From NCBI RefSeq assembly GCF_006345805.1, contig NC_043020.1:3968001-4032000 (forward strand): a stretch of 64,000 bases of DNA, given 5' to 3'. Within the stretch, counting starts at the first letter, position 1. Each line of letters begins with the position of its first letter. This stretch comes from Octopus sinensis (Eukaryota). A program made the translations under genes and the position numbers. A model generated the notes under the pieces. The model was not told the DNA's origin, made no database searches, and worked only from the letters and a program-made list of their open reading frames with translations. Positions 22,313-36,860 of this stretch are shown one piece after another.

Positions 22313-25300
22313 GTAAGTACGACTCTTCTTCCTCTTTTTGGGCTCTTTTGGGTCTTTTTTGCTGTATTTTGTATCGAATTCAAAGCAAGAACTTTCTCAT
22401 TTATGGCACATGTCAGTCACTGTCGCCTCTCATACAAACGTAGATGCGGGGGAGGTCGTCTAAGTCCCCATTTGTCCCCATCTCACACCTCCAACACCAA
22501 ATCTCTACAACAATGACCATTCCGTCTTTAAATCACTCATAATTATCAATTTATATATATATATCGATGTCCTCTCTCACCATTTCTCCCTCTTGGTCTT
22601 TTAATGTATTTGCTGTGGAATTGTTTTCAATTTAAATTAAAAACAACATTCCACCCGCTCCACTCGCTGGTGGTTGTCACTTCTTATAGACAGAGACACG
22701 GATGCAGGGGTTGTTGTCCCCAGCTCTGCCCTTGTCTGAGCACACCTCTAACGCCAACTATACGATCATTCCATCCTTCACACCTGATATATCTTGTTAA
22801 TCAAGTATATTTTCCTATCCCTCCCTCCATCTCTCTCTTTCCCTCTCTCTCTCTCCATCTTTTAATTTACTTGCTACATGTTTACTTCTAAATTAAAAAT
22901 AAAAGCACAAACCCTCCCTAACTCCTCATCCCACATGTTGATCCTCGCACGGAGTTATTGGCAGGTTGTTTATTTAGGGGTCCGTTGTTTGTCCCCCAAG
23001 GCTGTGTCTGTCTCGTCTTTAATTCACGCATAATTATGTCTCGTAACCACCCGTTATTAGTATCATTCATATCTGGAACACAGCACAAATTCTACCCCAG
23101 AAATTTGACGGACCTTTTATTATATTTTTTTTTATTAAGCCCCGGAACGATGAAAGCTGAATCTGATGTGGGCAGGTTCGAGTCCTTCTCAAGACCGTAA
23201 CTTTATGCCTTAAGGCATCTACGCTGTTGTTATTTAGAATGTCAGACTTGATCAAACAGAACCATTCCGTCGGTCGAGGTACTTTGCGCAATTTGTTCCG
23301 ACTCTTTATGCTCTGAGTTCAATTCCATTTGAACTCAACTTTACCATTTATTTTCCCGAGTCCGATAAAATACCAATGAAATACGAGAGATCGCGCTACA
23401 TTATCCGTTATAAATCTTCCTTGTTGTTGTTTAGCCCCCACCAGTCATCATCAGACTTATAATCCAGGCCGTTACACTCGTGACCATCTCGTCTTTTATT
23501 CAATCAAAGTAAATCTAATTACACATTACCGAGTGTGCTCTTGATTCCATTTTCTTGAAACGAAAAGAAAATTTGGCTGCTACTTCAGTTTGGCAGGTCA
23601 TGCGACCTCATAGAGGTTCCTTTCTTGAAAACAAAATTAGTCGACACGGATATATATTGAAAGCTTGATAATATTTTCGTAATATATTAGTAGTCGAGAG
23701 GGAGTGGTTAAAATAAATAGGTGATTGGGTAAATAAATAATCTAGTGTGTGTGTATATATATATATATATAGACAGGCAGGCCAGTGTGTGTATAAATTA
23801 GTCAACATAGAAACAATTATATAATCCCGTGGGATGGGGTTCCATCCTCCTCATTGCATTTTTGTGAATTTCATCTCAAAGCCAAGTCTTTTCTCATAAT
23901 ATTTCTGCTGTTGTGGAATACTTGAATTTTTTCCCCGCCCCCTCAGTTGGGATTTCTTTAATCATTCCAATATCCTTCTCTCGGTGCACATCACAAGATC
24001 ATTGAACCCAATCTTTCCTTGGTTGCCCTTCCTCTCCTAGATTTTTCCAAATATTATTTTATTTACAACTTCACTCTTTCTTCGGATTGCACCGAACAAT
24101 TACATTTATCTTCGTCTTGTTGTTTCCATTAAATTCCTCCAAGACTGGCAGATTGGTCTGAGAATTCCTCCATCTAATGCCAATAACAATCTATTTTTAT
24201 TAATAATAATAACAAGGTCTAGAATTTGCGGGAGGAGACCAGTCGAATACTAACCAATAATAATAATGATCTTTTCTACTAAAAACACAAGGCCTGAAAC
24301 TTTGGAGTGGGGCCTAGTCGATTATATCGACCCCAGTGTTTCACTGGTACATAATTTATCGATCTCGAAAGGGTGAAAGGCAAAGTCGACTTTGGCAGGA
24401 TTTTAATTTGGCGTGTAGCAGCAGACGAAATACCTATTTCTTTACTGCCCACAAGGGGCTAAACACAGAGAGGATAAACAAGGAGAGACAAACGGATTAA
24501 GTCGATTATATCGATCTATCGACCCAGAAAGGATGAAAGGCAAAGTCGACCTCGGCCGAATTTGAACTCACAACGTAGCGGCAGACGAAATACCTATTTC
24601 TTTATTACCCACAAGGGGCTAAACATAGAGGGGACAAACAAGGACAGACATAGGTATTAAGTCGATTACATCGACCCCAGTGCGTAACTGGTGCTTAATT
24701 TATCGACCCCGAAAGGATGAAAGGCAAAGTCGACCTCACAACGTAGCGGCAGACGAAATACCTCTAAGCTAACGATTGTGCCAGTTCGCCGCCTGAATAA
24801 TAATAATAATAATAATGATAATAATAATAATAATAATAAGTGGATTTTACTTTTAACATTTTCAGAGGAAAATTCGGATTAAAAGTTTTTATTGTGTTTG
24901 TTGTGTGTGTGCGTATGCGACTCCTGTTCAACTTCATGGCAGGCCGACCTTTATTCACCTCCAGGGTCGATAAAACACCCACCAATCATTACACTGAAGT
25001 AGATTTAATTGATTTCTACAATTCTCTCGTTCCTGTCCCATAGACTGGACAATATGCGCTCAGTTTATTTCTGTCCCAGAGTTCCAATCTTACAAAGGTC
25101 AACTTTGACATCCAGTTTTCTCTGTTTAAAAAGTATCAGTAAAATACGGTGATCGAATTCAACGATTGTTTCCTGCCCAAACATTTTCGATTGCGAGACT
25201 TGCTAGAAATGGCAGCCAAAATTTCCTTAAATCACACCTCATCTGTCTTCAATGCTCTAGATTGTGGTTTTGTTGTTTCACCTAACCACTAAGTTTTGGG

Positions 25301-26019
25301 GAAAAGCGTGCACGCCATTAATTGCTTATTATTTCTCCCTTCTTAAATCCACTTTTGACATCAACATCCATTTAACACGTTACAGAAGCAGCTACTAATA
25401 CAATTTATTAACTAATATTGACCACTTCTTTACGACCATCGTCATTAGCCTTCGGTCTCTCTGGAGAATAAAAGGCAAAGTCGGTGAGTGTCGGACTAAA
25501 GTACCTTGCGAGATTTGGCGAAGGTAAAGAATACGCACACCCGGTGTTAAGGTTTTGGGTTACGCTGAAAACGAGTTGGGTCCGTATTCTTTATAACCGC
25601 CGTGATATTTTGTTCTGAGTTCAAATGCCACTGATGGCAACTTTGCCTTTCGTCCTTCAGAGCTCGATGAAATAGAAGCAAAAAAAAAAAAGAAAACTGG
25701 GATCGATTTATTTGTTTGTTCCTTTTCTTTTATATATATATATACGACGGGCTTCTTTCAGTTTCCGTCCACCAAATCCACTCAAGGCTTTGGTTGGCCC
25801 CGAGGCTATAGTAGCTATGTGGTTGGTAAGCAAGGTACTTTGCACACAGTCACTATAGTTACTTTGGTGACTTAACTTACCAACTGTAACAGATTCACCT
25901 CCCAAAGGTGAAAAGTTACATCTGTCTTCAGCTTTAGAGTCTGATGAGACGTCCATTGAGCTAAGCCCTTTGGGGATGCGAAACCATTGGACACTCTATG
26001 ACCGGACATAGACTTAACT

Positions 26020-26085
<66 letters not shown>

Positions 26086-27337
26086 AAGGAAATGAAGAAA
26101 ATGCTGACAAAATAATTTAAGTAAGGGAGAGTGTATTTAATTAGGTGAAAGTTCTTTTTACCGGTTGCGCATTTGTTATGCTTATCAAAAGATATTTTTT
26201 AAGAGAGATAGAGTTCCTTTCTGAAAGATTTTTTTTCTCTTATCTGACTTTATGTTGGGTTTGCTGTCTCTTATATGTGAAAAAAGAGGCTCCAGAGTTG
26301 TTTAGGATTTGCTTGGTTTCACGCCTAAAATTTCTTGTGGACAATGGTCAATACAATTTTGATTGGTCATTATAAAGGGGTCACGTGAATGTTTGAATGG
26401 AAGTTGGTGTTGGGGTAAGAAAATAGGCTCCAGAGATGTTAAAATTTGGCTAGTGTCGCGCCTAAAATTCCTTATTGGTCATAATAAGGAAGTCACGTGG
26501 ATGTGGTCATAACAGAGAGGTCACGTGGATGTGGTCATAATAGAGAGGTCACGTGGATGTGGTCATAATAGAGAGGTCACGTGAATGTCACACACATGTA
26601 CGCGCGCGCACATACATACGTATAGCTCTTCCTGTCCTAAACAAACTTACTTATCCAGCTCAAATTCAGTCAAGCGGAAAATACACTCCTTAAAAAGCTA
26701 TTTAAAATATCCACATGACATCTACTAACCAGCCTGAACAATAAGAATTTTCAACAATGCTATTTTCGAAAACTCCATACACCACCCACATCAACATTCA
26801 CGTGACCTCTCTATTATGACCACATCCACGTGACCACTCTATTATGACCACATCCACATGACCTCTCTGTTATGACCACATCCACATGACCTCTTTATTA
26901 TGACCAATAAGGAATTTTAGGCGCGACACTAGCCAAATTTTAACATCTCTGGAGCCTATTTTCTTACCCCAACACCAACTTCCATTCAAACATTCACGTG
27001 ACCCCTTTATAATGACCAATCAAAATTGTATTGACCATTGTCCACAAGAAATTTTAGGCACGAAACCAAGCAAATCTTAAACAACTCTGGAGCCTTTTTT
27101 TTCACATATAAGAGACAGCAAACCCAACATAAAGTCAGATAAGAGAAAAAAATCTATCAGAAAGGAACTCTATCTCTCTTAAAAAATATCCTTTGATAAG
27201 CATAACAAATGCGCAACCGGTAAAAAGAACTTTCATCTAATTAAATACACTCTCCCTTACTTAAATTATTTTGTCAGCATTTTCTTCATTTCCTTTTTTT
27301 ATATATCACAACTCGTGTTCCACATCTCCTTTTTTAA

Positions 27338-27368
<31 letters not shown>

Positions 27369-29331
27369 GAGAGAGAGAAAGGAGGGAAAGAAAAAGGTGT
27401 CGGTCTTTAGAACTGGGCTACAGCAAAGTGCAACAGCAACACTTCAATGGGGATGCCTCTATGTGGATTGCTCAACCTGCTAGTAACAGAAGCCAAATCT
27501 TTCTCAAATCATATACTAACATCTGTAAGAAGACAAAGGATAATGACATTCTAAATATATTATGTTGGAAAATAAAACAGGGTGGTCATCGATGGAATGC
27601 CTGTGACATGTTTATCTGGGGAAGGAGTATTAAACAACAGCAACGACACCATTACAATTACACCTATGTGTGTGTGTGTGTGTGTGTGTCCCCACCACTA
27701 CCACCACCATCACCTGACAACTGATGCTGGTGTGTTTACGCCCCCGTAACTTAGCGATTTGGCAAAAGTGACCGATAGAATAAGTATTAGGCTTACAAAG
27801 AATAAGTCTAGGGGGTGATTTGCTCGCCTAAAGGCAGTGCTCCAGCATGGCTGTAGTGAAATGACTGGAACAAATAAAAGAATATATATATAAGAGAGCT
27901 TGTTAGCAATTTTCCAGCCAAAAGGCAAAAATATATACACCACCAAGGGCACCGGTATTGCTAGAAATAAGAGTCAAAACAGCTCAGCCATGATAATGCA
28001 CCATCTTATTTACTGCGACAAAGAGAGGTAAGCTCCCTCAGTACACATATATAAACTAATCTCCATCCAATAAGGATAGCAGCCAGTTCAAATCTAGATA
28101 AATTCTGAAGGTTGAGCTAAGGGTCACAGAAATCACTGGCTACAGAAGACATCCAAGAAGGCATTTTGTAGGCCAGAGGCAAACCTGGGCAGCAAAGACA
28201 GACCAATGTATTTACAGAATGCAGTGTTGGGAGATGGTGGGGGGGGGTCATTCAGTTGCAGCCTTAGTTGGGATGGAACCGAGATGTAACTCTTTCTGAA
28301 ATGATGAACCAATGACAGTCTCTATGCAATTGCTCAACATGTTAGAAATAACAACCAAGTCTCCCTCAAATCTAACCTGTATTGGATAATGTAAACTGTT
28401 TGAAATGCGTGTGACCATCTCATGGTTGACCTGGGGTTAAACAACAACTCCTGCTGGTTCAGCTGCTCCATTGATACTTTCTCCCACACACCCACACTGA
28501 TCCTCCCCCCACCCTCGACACAACTTGGTTCCCATCTTCTCATTGTTCTTCCAATTCTTGTCTTCCATTAAAGAATCTACCAATATTTGATTAGCTCTGT
28601 CTGTGTGTCTGTCTGTCTGTAGCTGGAATTTGAAATGATACTTGCCTGCCATTCCATTAGCCAACAACAGTCCTCAGCGTTTTTATTCTCCCCCTCCCCC
28701 TCCACCACCACCACCATTATGACATTGTCTTCAGTGTTTTATAAACTACCTCTGCTTGATGTTCTATAAGAGACAGACAGACAGACAGAGACCACCATGC
28801 CATCTACTGTGCAGCTCAGTGTTGTTTCTGTGGTTTTAACCTAGATTGCCAGCTGAGTAGGCATTGTGTATCTTGGACTACATTAGCGAATGTATCCATG
28901 ATCTTTGTTTTTCAAGATGGTAGGTTGTGATTTGAAGGAGGTTTGTTGACTTTTTCTAGCAGAATGAGCAATCTCTGTAGAGGCTCATTCATTGTTGTTA
29001 TCCTCAAACCAGACTTGATTAAGCAAAGGCAATCCAGCCATGACCATTCTGTTTTGTGTGCATGGATTTTATGACTGCATTATCCAGGCAGTGGAGTATA
29101 TTTCAAAGAAGATTTGGTTGCTATTTCTAGCATGTTGTTCAAGTGATTGTGAGAATATGCCCTTGCTGGTTTAAAGATTCCCTCATCTGTGGTGGAGACT
29201 GGGGGAGTGCAATGGATGCATCCAGTTCTGTTGTCTTTTACAATGGGAAGGGAAAAATGATGACAGTGTGAGAGAGACGGTTTGTGGGTCATGACAAAGC
29301 ATTTTGATTGTGACACGGATCATGGCTCTCT

Positions 29332-29429
<98 letters not shown>

Positions 29430-30459
29430 TGTGTGTGTGTTTATGGTATCTATAGTAGCGTACAGATTAATAAAAGAATGTCAGAGAAATACTTTACTCG
29501 TATCAGTTATTTCTACTGGAAGTTTTCAGAAATTGTGAAATACTGAGTTTTTGTGTCTCCCATCATTTGAAGACTTCCACAATTATCAGAAGATGCTTTA
29601 ATGAAGCAAGTTGGGTCAAGATGTAAAAGAGAGTGGTGCAATCAAGATGAAATTGGAAGCACATTGTGACCAGTGATGTTTAACAGCATCTGATGGTCTG
29701 GTCGATACTGTGAGATATGCATCTATAGCTTGGATTGATGTGATCCTAGCTCCAGTAGGAACCTCAGAATCAGGAATGAATGAGAACCAGCTAAATACTG
29801 AGTATAAGGCAGACCGATATTTCTGGTGGAGTCTTTCCAACATTTTTACGTAACATATGTATGGTGTCCAAATTCCAGAATGCAACAACAGTGCAGAAAG
29901 AGCAAATGAGACATACACCATGGCCTTAGGGTCAGCTTTGGTATGCCACTGTGGCCAGACTTCAGATTTTAAACTGCCAAAAGCTCTTGCTGCCCTTTGC
30001 ATACAAGAAGTGATTTCCGTGTCTCAAGGTCCCCATCAACATGTATGTACCATGCTACCCAGATATTCAAACCAAGTCATCACTAGAAGCACTGTACCTT
30101 TAACCCGTATCTGAGGTGCATTGAATTGGTCTCTGGGGGCAGATTGATGCATTACAACAGTTTTAAGCTGAAATTAAAAGGAAAGTTTCTAAAAATCAGA
30201 TGAATGTCCGTAGCATTACAAGTGTGTCTCATTCTCTTTTTTGAAATGTTCCTTGTGTACAAAAGTAGATCTATCATACGCTTGTAGGAGATTACACCAG
30301 CAAACCCATATGGGTGAGGCACTCGCAAATTATTGGATTTTCATTCTCAGTGTCCAGTTTTAGTGCCATTTTGGTCATAAAAAAATTCAAGTCTTGTGGA
30401 GGATTGAAGTCCACCTCTTCACTGACCTTCAGTGCTGCATTTGTATATTTGTGTGTGTG

Positions 30460-30490
<31 letters not shown>

Positions 30491-32242
30491 ATGTATGTAT
30501 ACACACACACACACACATGTGTATATGGTCAGCAGGAAAACTTCTGGAAAGTAGTTTCTCTACTTCTTTTATTAACAACACATCTTCAATTGTTATAATT
30601 ATTTTGTTTTGTTTACCAAGTTTTGAATTTAAAATTGAACAATTATATTTATTCCCTTTTTTTTTTAAATGCACCTAAATTTTGATTTTTTTTATTCTTT
30701 AGGTTTATATTATTGTCTTGCTGGTCAAGGTGAACGCTTTTCAATAGCATGGTAAGTAGTACCTGTGTATGAAGGAGGGTTTGTCCCTCTCTATTAAAAC
30801 TGTTTCACTGTTTTTTTCTCTCAATCCTGTATAATGATTACATATGAATATTGCACTTGTAAGTATTATGTGATGATGATGTTGCTATTCACAGACATTA
30901 AAAAAAGGTCATTTAACACTTTTATAGCCATATGCCTGATAAAATATTCTCTGATGTTTTTATTGGTGAGTGAGGAAGAAAGGTTGTGGCCCTTAGCTCT
31001 ACTCAGGGCCTCTGAGACTGGTGAGAGTGGATGAAAGAAAATATCTTCAACCAGAGACCTGGTCTGAATATTACTAACAGAGTGGATGTCTCCCCTGTTT
31101 GAGGTAACAACCAGCCATGGGCTCAGAGATACTGGCAAAACTTGAACTCAGACCCCAAGGAATCAATTCATACATTGCATGGCATTCCATCCAATGACAC
31201 TGCCAATCCTACGTGTTCTGAGTATTTCAATTAATTTTGAAGATAATCAAGAATTTGGAATGATTCAGTGAAATAATTCTCCTTTGTAGTGTTTAGGACA
31301 TAATTTAGGAAAATAAAATTTTCATAGAATCATAATGGAAGGTGTTATTTTTAAATATCACCTCTTAAATATGGGAAGCATTTTCTAAGAAGCAGGGATG
31401 ACTTCAGGTGGGGGTGGGGTATCTCAAGACTTGACTGATCAACAAATACCAACTTTCAACTCATTCTAAAATGACCTACACAACTTTGGACTGGCCAGCT
31501 ACATAACCTCTCACCATATCTCATCTCACAGATCCTAACATAAATCACTTTTATTACCTGCTTCTTCCTCTCCTAAAACACGGAACCCCTGAAATTCTCT
31601 TCTCAAACACCCACATATTCCCTCCCACGATTAACTTCCAATGGTCAAACTAAACGTGGATCACAGAAATTTGACCAGACAAGTGATGGGTTTTGATGCT
31701 CTCTTCTCTGACTAACAAATGAGAAAAATTATCTTCAAATACATCATGATGGTGATCAGTGGTGGTCACCAATGTTGAGGGGATTTAAATGTTAAAGATT
31801 TTTGGACGGGCAGACCTAAACCAATAATGCTTAAAGCAGATTCCATGGGTCAGATGTGCACAACACAGAAGTCACAAATATCACCAAATGGCTTTGGTGA
31901 CATTTCTGAATTTAAGGGAAAGTTAAGTATTCTGTGCATATTGACTCCAAGTTTGTCAGGATTGTGTTGAGGGCAGTGGGTAACTCTTAATTTAATATTT
32001 TTAATACTGTGATATGTTTAGTAATGCTGTTTTTATGATAGTTTGAGTTAAATTTGCATATGGACATTTTTCTTACTTGATTTTGGATGGATTTCAAGAC
32101 TTGCCAAGATTTTGGGTGGATTTATACAATCCTGGGAAATCGTAAATCAATATCTGATTCTTGTATACACACATATATACCCCAGTATGACCACAATCTA
32201 ATGACTGAAACCAGTAAAAGATAAAAGTGTGTGTGTGCATAC

Positions 32243-32306
<64 letters not shown>

Positions 32307-35300
32307 GAATCATTGTGCTTTGTAAAAATATTTCTTCAAACCCAACTTGATATTTTGTATGAAACAAGAATATCTTCAAGAAAATAATCTTTGTGTTTCT
32401 ATTTCTAGGCTTTTGTCAGATTCTTCCCCTTTTATGTGGTGTATGGTTGGAATTGGTCTGGCAATATCTCTGTCTGTTGTTGGAGCTGCTTGGTAAGTGA
32501 AACCTCACAACCTCATCCTCCTCCCCCCTCTTGCCTCTCCTCCCTTTTAACTTTATTTTTTGGGTTTTTTTTTGTTATTTCCATTTTTTAAGCCCCCTTT
32601 TTTTAAATTTTAGTATTTTGATCAAGTTACATAATTCTAATAATAATTCATTGATTACATTGATCCCCAGTACATGACTGGTACTTATTTATTGGACCTC
32701 AAAAGGATGAACGACATTTGAAGTATGGAATTTGAAATCAGTGTAAAGAGGTGGGAGGCATGAACTTTGGTTTATGGTCACACATTTTCCACGGGGTGGG
32801 CTGGGCTGGGAAGTCTTCAGATAGAAGCAGTTATTAGGTTACTACAATTGGAATTGCTAAAAATGTATTGATGTACGGACACTATCACTAAGTAAAAGTG
32901 AATTGTAATATAGTGGATAAAAATTACCAATTTTACAAATCTTAATTTGATTGTTCACTGCACTGAAAGTAATCAAATCAGATTTAAGGTCTTCAATGGA
33001 GAAAGATTTAGTAGAAATAATTCTGGTTTCTAAAGACAAAATGTCCCTAAATTTTACATTCAACTTTGTTCTGTAGCCTAAATGTTTCTTAAAGAAATTT
33101 TGTTGAGATAAATATTTCAATCTTTTACAATTTATTTATTTAATGTGACCCTCCAAGTTAAACACATTTCAATTTTATATTCAGTATTTTAATCTTGGAA
33201 ATTTAAGTAAGTTTATTTCTATTAAAATTAGAGATCAACTGCTTTGATCTTCTAGATGTCCGTTTGACATAGTTTTAAAGATCTTTCAAATGGAAATCAA
33301 AAATGTTCCTGATTTTCTTCTACAGTGTTTTTATATTTTATTTCTTTCAAGTCCTTTGATAAAAAAAAAAAAATCTGCATTTTTTATACTTATTTGCAGC
33401 TTTTTTAATAAATAATATAAGAATCCCTCAAAGACATAGCTTTAGCCTTGAGACCCAAACTGTGGCAGGGTGGGGATTGCCAAAAAAGTAACCTGATGGT
33501 TTACATCAGCCAGGGGCAGTGTGGGTTTAAATCTAATTGTGAACAGAGGAATCATAGTTGGAGATTTTGTGTGCCCACTCCACAGCCTTGGTCCATATTG
33601 TATATTGTATGGGCCCCAGTATGTCACTGGTACTTTATTTCCTCCACCCTTGAAAGGGAGACAATCAGAATTGATCATGGCAGGTTTGAAAACTCGGTGC
33701 ATGATGTAATTAAATACATGTTGCCTATTATTTATGTCTGGCGCTTTACCAATTCTAGCAGAGGAAACAGTTGATTAAATCACCCCCACCCACCCCAGTA
33801 CTGTATCTGATCACCTGATTACAATGTAATCTAAAGGCACACGTGGCTCAGTGGTTAGGGTATTCACCTCCCAACCTGACAACCAGGAGTTCGATTCCCA
33901 TCAGTGCATTATGCCCTTGAGCAAGACAATTTACTTCACATTTCTGCAGCCCCTTCAGCTGGCAAAAAAGGAGTAGCATCTGTAGTTGAAAGGAATCAGC
34001 CTGGTCACATTCTGTGTCACACTGAATCTCCCTACGAACTACTGTAAGGGTACATGTGACTGTGGTGTACTCAGCCACTTGCACGTTAATTTCACGAGCA
34101 GACTGTTCCATTGATGGGATCAACTGGAACCCTCATTGTTGTAACAGACAGAGTGCCACTTGACAAAGTAATGTTGACCCCTTTCGTGATCCTCTCCCAA
34201 CAATTCACTGCCAGTTGGTTTCAATTCCAAAATCAGAATTTGAAAGACATTTCTCTTTTTAAAAAAATTCTATTTATTGAATTAGATTTTTATTTGAAAA
34301 CCATCAAAAACTATTTCTTTACCTTCAGAAATCATGTAATGTTGAGATTTCAATTTAACTATGTAAGCTTTAGTGGAGTGGTCATGGATGGATTGATAAT
34401 ATGGAACCAAAAGAGGTTGATCACAGGTTAATAAGGTAAGACTAGATGTTGGGAAGGGGTCTACAGGGTTTGTGATGCAAAACTACAGGTGGTAAAACAG
34501 GACTACAATAGGGTCCTGTTTTACCACCTGGGTAAAATGGGACTGCAATAGCAGGGGTGGAGGTTCTTGTAGAGGGGTTTGGTAGGGTAGGTCTAACTAT
34601 TGGCTGGTGCTATGGGTTTCTCTTAAGTCTGTGGGTTAGGGTTAGTAACGAGTCCAGATATTGTTTCAAGTTTGTTGGTTAAAAACAGGTTGGTCTCTGC
34701 TAAAGGCCCCTACATAGTTCTTGGCTGCCCTTAGCACAGCCTGTTCTGGCTCTAACACTCAGACCGGGAGTAACCCCAGTGGATTAATTTCCCTCTTAGT
34801 CACATCTTCCCCTTCCCTAAACCCGACCAGCCATGGAAGCTATACAATCAATATATTATGGACTCTTCTAACCTACCCAGACCGAAATAATAGTTGTTCC
34901 TGGTTGATACAATAATACACCAAAACAATCGCACACAAAATGGTTTTTTTATAAAATGTTGGGGAAATTATTCAATTATCATAAAAATTTCTGTCAAAGA
35001 ATTTTAAATATAAATTTGTTTTTTTCTTTTTACCTTGTGACATGAAAACTTTGTCTCATCCAGTTTCTTCCTTAATTTTCTATTTCTAGGGGAATATACA
35101 CAACAGGTTCGAGTATTCTCGGTGCCGGTGTCAAAGCTCCAAGAATCCGTACCAAAAACCTCATCAGCATCATCTTCTGTGAAGCTGTGGCTATTTATGG
35201 CATCATCATGGCAATTGTGATTGGGAACCAAGCCAATGTAAGATTCTAACTCAAACAATTTCTTGTTGCAGTTTTTCTCTTTAATTTAATCTTCTCAGTT

Positions 35301-36788
35301 TTCTCTCTCCAGCCCCTCCCCTCCAATGTTGCTTCATTAAAAGACATCACCACGAGCATTCACCCTTTCTATCTAACGGTTTTTATTTGTTTCTTGTTTG
35401 ATATTTTTTTTAAATAGTGAAGCAAGAGAGGGGGGGGGCCTTGATTTATTCAACCTCTCTCACACCATCATTGCATGTGTTCACTTGTCATCCTTGCAGA
35501 CACAAGTTGATAAAGTTGTCTTTGTGGTCCAAGTCTGTTCTTATTCAGAATTCCCATCTTAGAGATGTCAAAGAACCACATCACGTTCATGTTTGTTTTT
35601 TTCTAACTTTGTTTCTGTGGCTGGATACACTTCCTGTCATCAACCTCTTTACAAAGTGTATTTTATTATGACAACAGCACTAGAGAGGTTGACTTGGACC
35701 CAGCAACACTAAAGAGTTCTCTCTGACTTAGATTCACTCACCAACAACTTTTCAGAATGTACTGGGGGCATGTGTATACACATGGATCCATGTGTGGTAG
35801 GGACTTTTTTCCTGTTCTCCTTCTCTTTTGCAAATTACTTGACAACCTTATTAGCGTCTATGGCACAAAAAGAATGCACCCAGTTTATACTTTAAGGTGG
35901 TTGGCATTCAGAATGGCTGTAGAAACCAAGCCAAAGATGCTGTTGGAGTTTAATGCATCTCATTGGGTCCTGTCAAACCATCCCACATGGAAACCAGACA
36001 TTAAACTTTTTCTTCGTCCCTCTCCCTTCAACCTTTTCACTTCTTCCTTTGAAGTGTGACACTCACCACAGGTACATACAAAAACAAAAAAAAAATAAGC
36101 ATATTAATATTATTGATAATGATGAAACTGTTTAATCTTTCCTTTTGACATTGAAGCTAGTTTCTCATCACCATTTCTATTTCGTATTTCTTTTTAGGAT
36201 TTCAACATCAATGAGGTCTCCACTGATGTCTTAAGAAATAATTTTATGTCAGGTTTGTCATGTTTAGAGATTTACCTGTTTGCTTTCCTTTCTTTTGTTT
36301 TATTTATTTTTTCGTTTCCTTCCCCTCACCCTTCAAAAAGATAAACTTTGAGAATAAATATCTGCATTGAGTTATCATTTAATAGGATAATTTTGGCAAC
36401 TACTAGCAGACATTAGAGCCCAGCTTAGCTCTCTGCCTTGCCAGCTCTTGCCAAACCATCCAACGCATGCCAGCATGGAGAGTAGATGGTGATTAACCTC
36501 CTCCCAAGAGATAGAATATTTGAAAAATATTTGCACTAAGATGTTGTCAGTAAGGTGAGGATTACTAATGATATGCGGGGGAAACCTAGTATTAGAAGAG
36601 GTATCCTTCAAGTCTCCGTCTCTCTCTCTCTCTCTACCCTTTCCACACACAAACACACCTCTGTTTATTAAAATTGTCCAGACCCTGTCTCAATCTGCTT
36701 GTGACTAAAATAGTCACCTAGAATAATTTATGAAAGTATGGCACATGCTACTGTGCCAATCTTTGTTGCAAATAACGGTTTGTATGCC

Positions 36789-36860
<72 letters not shown>

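Noticed and set aside
26492-26588. 28-bp direct repeats as a CRISPR array
   Set aside because: Repeats are contiguous with no unique spacers, lie within a foldback element, and the DNA is eukaryotic with no cas genes.
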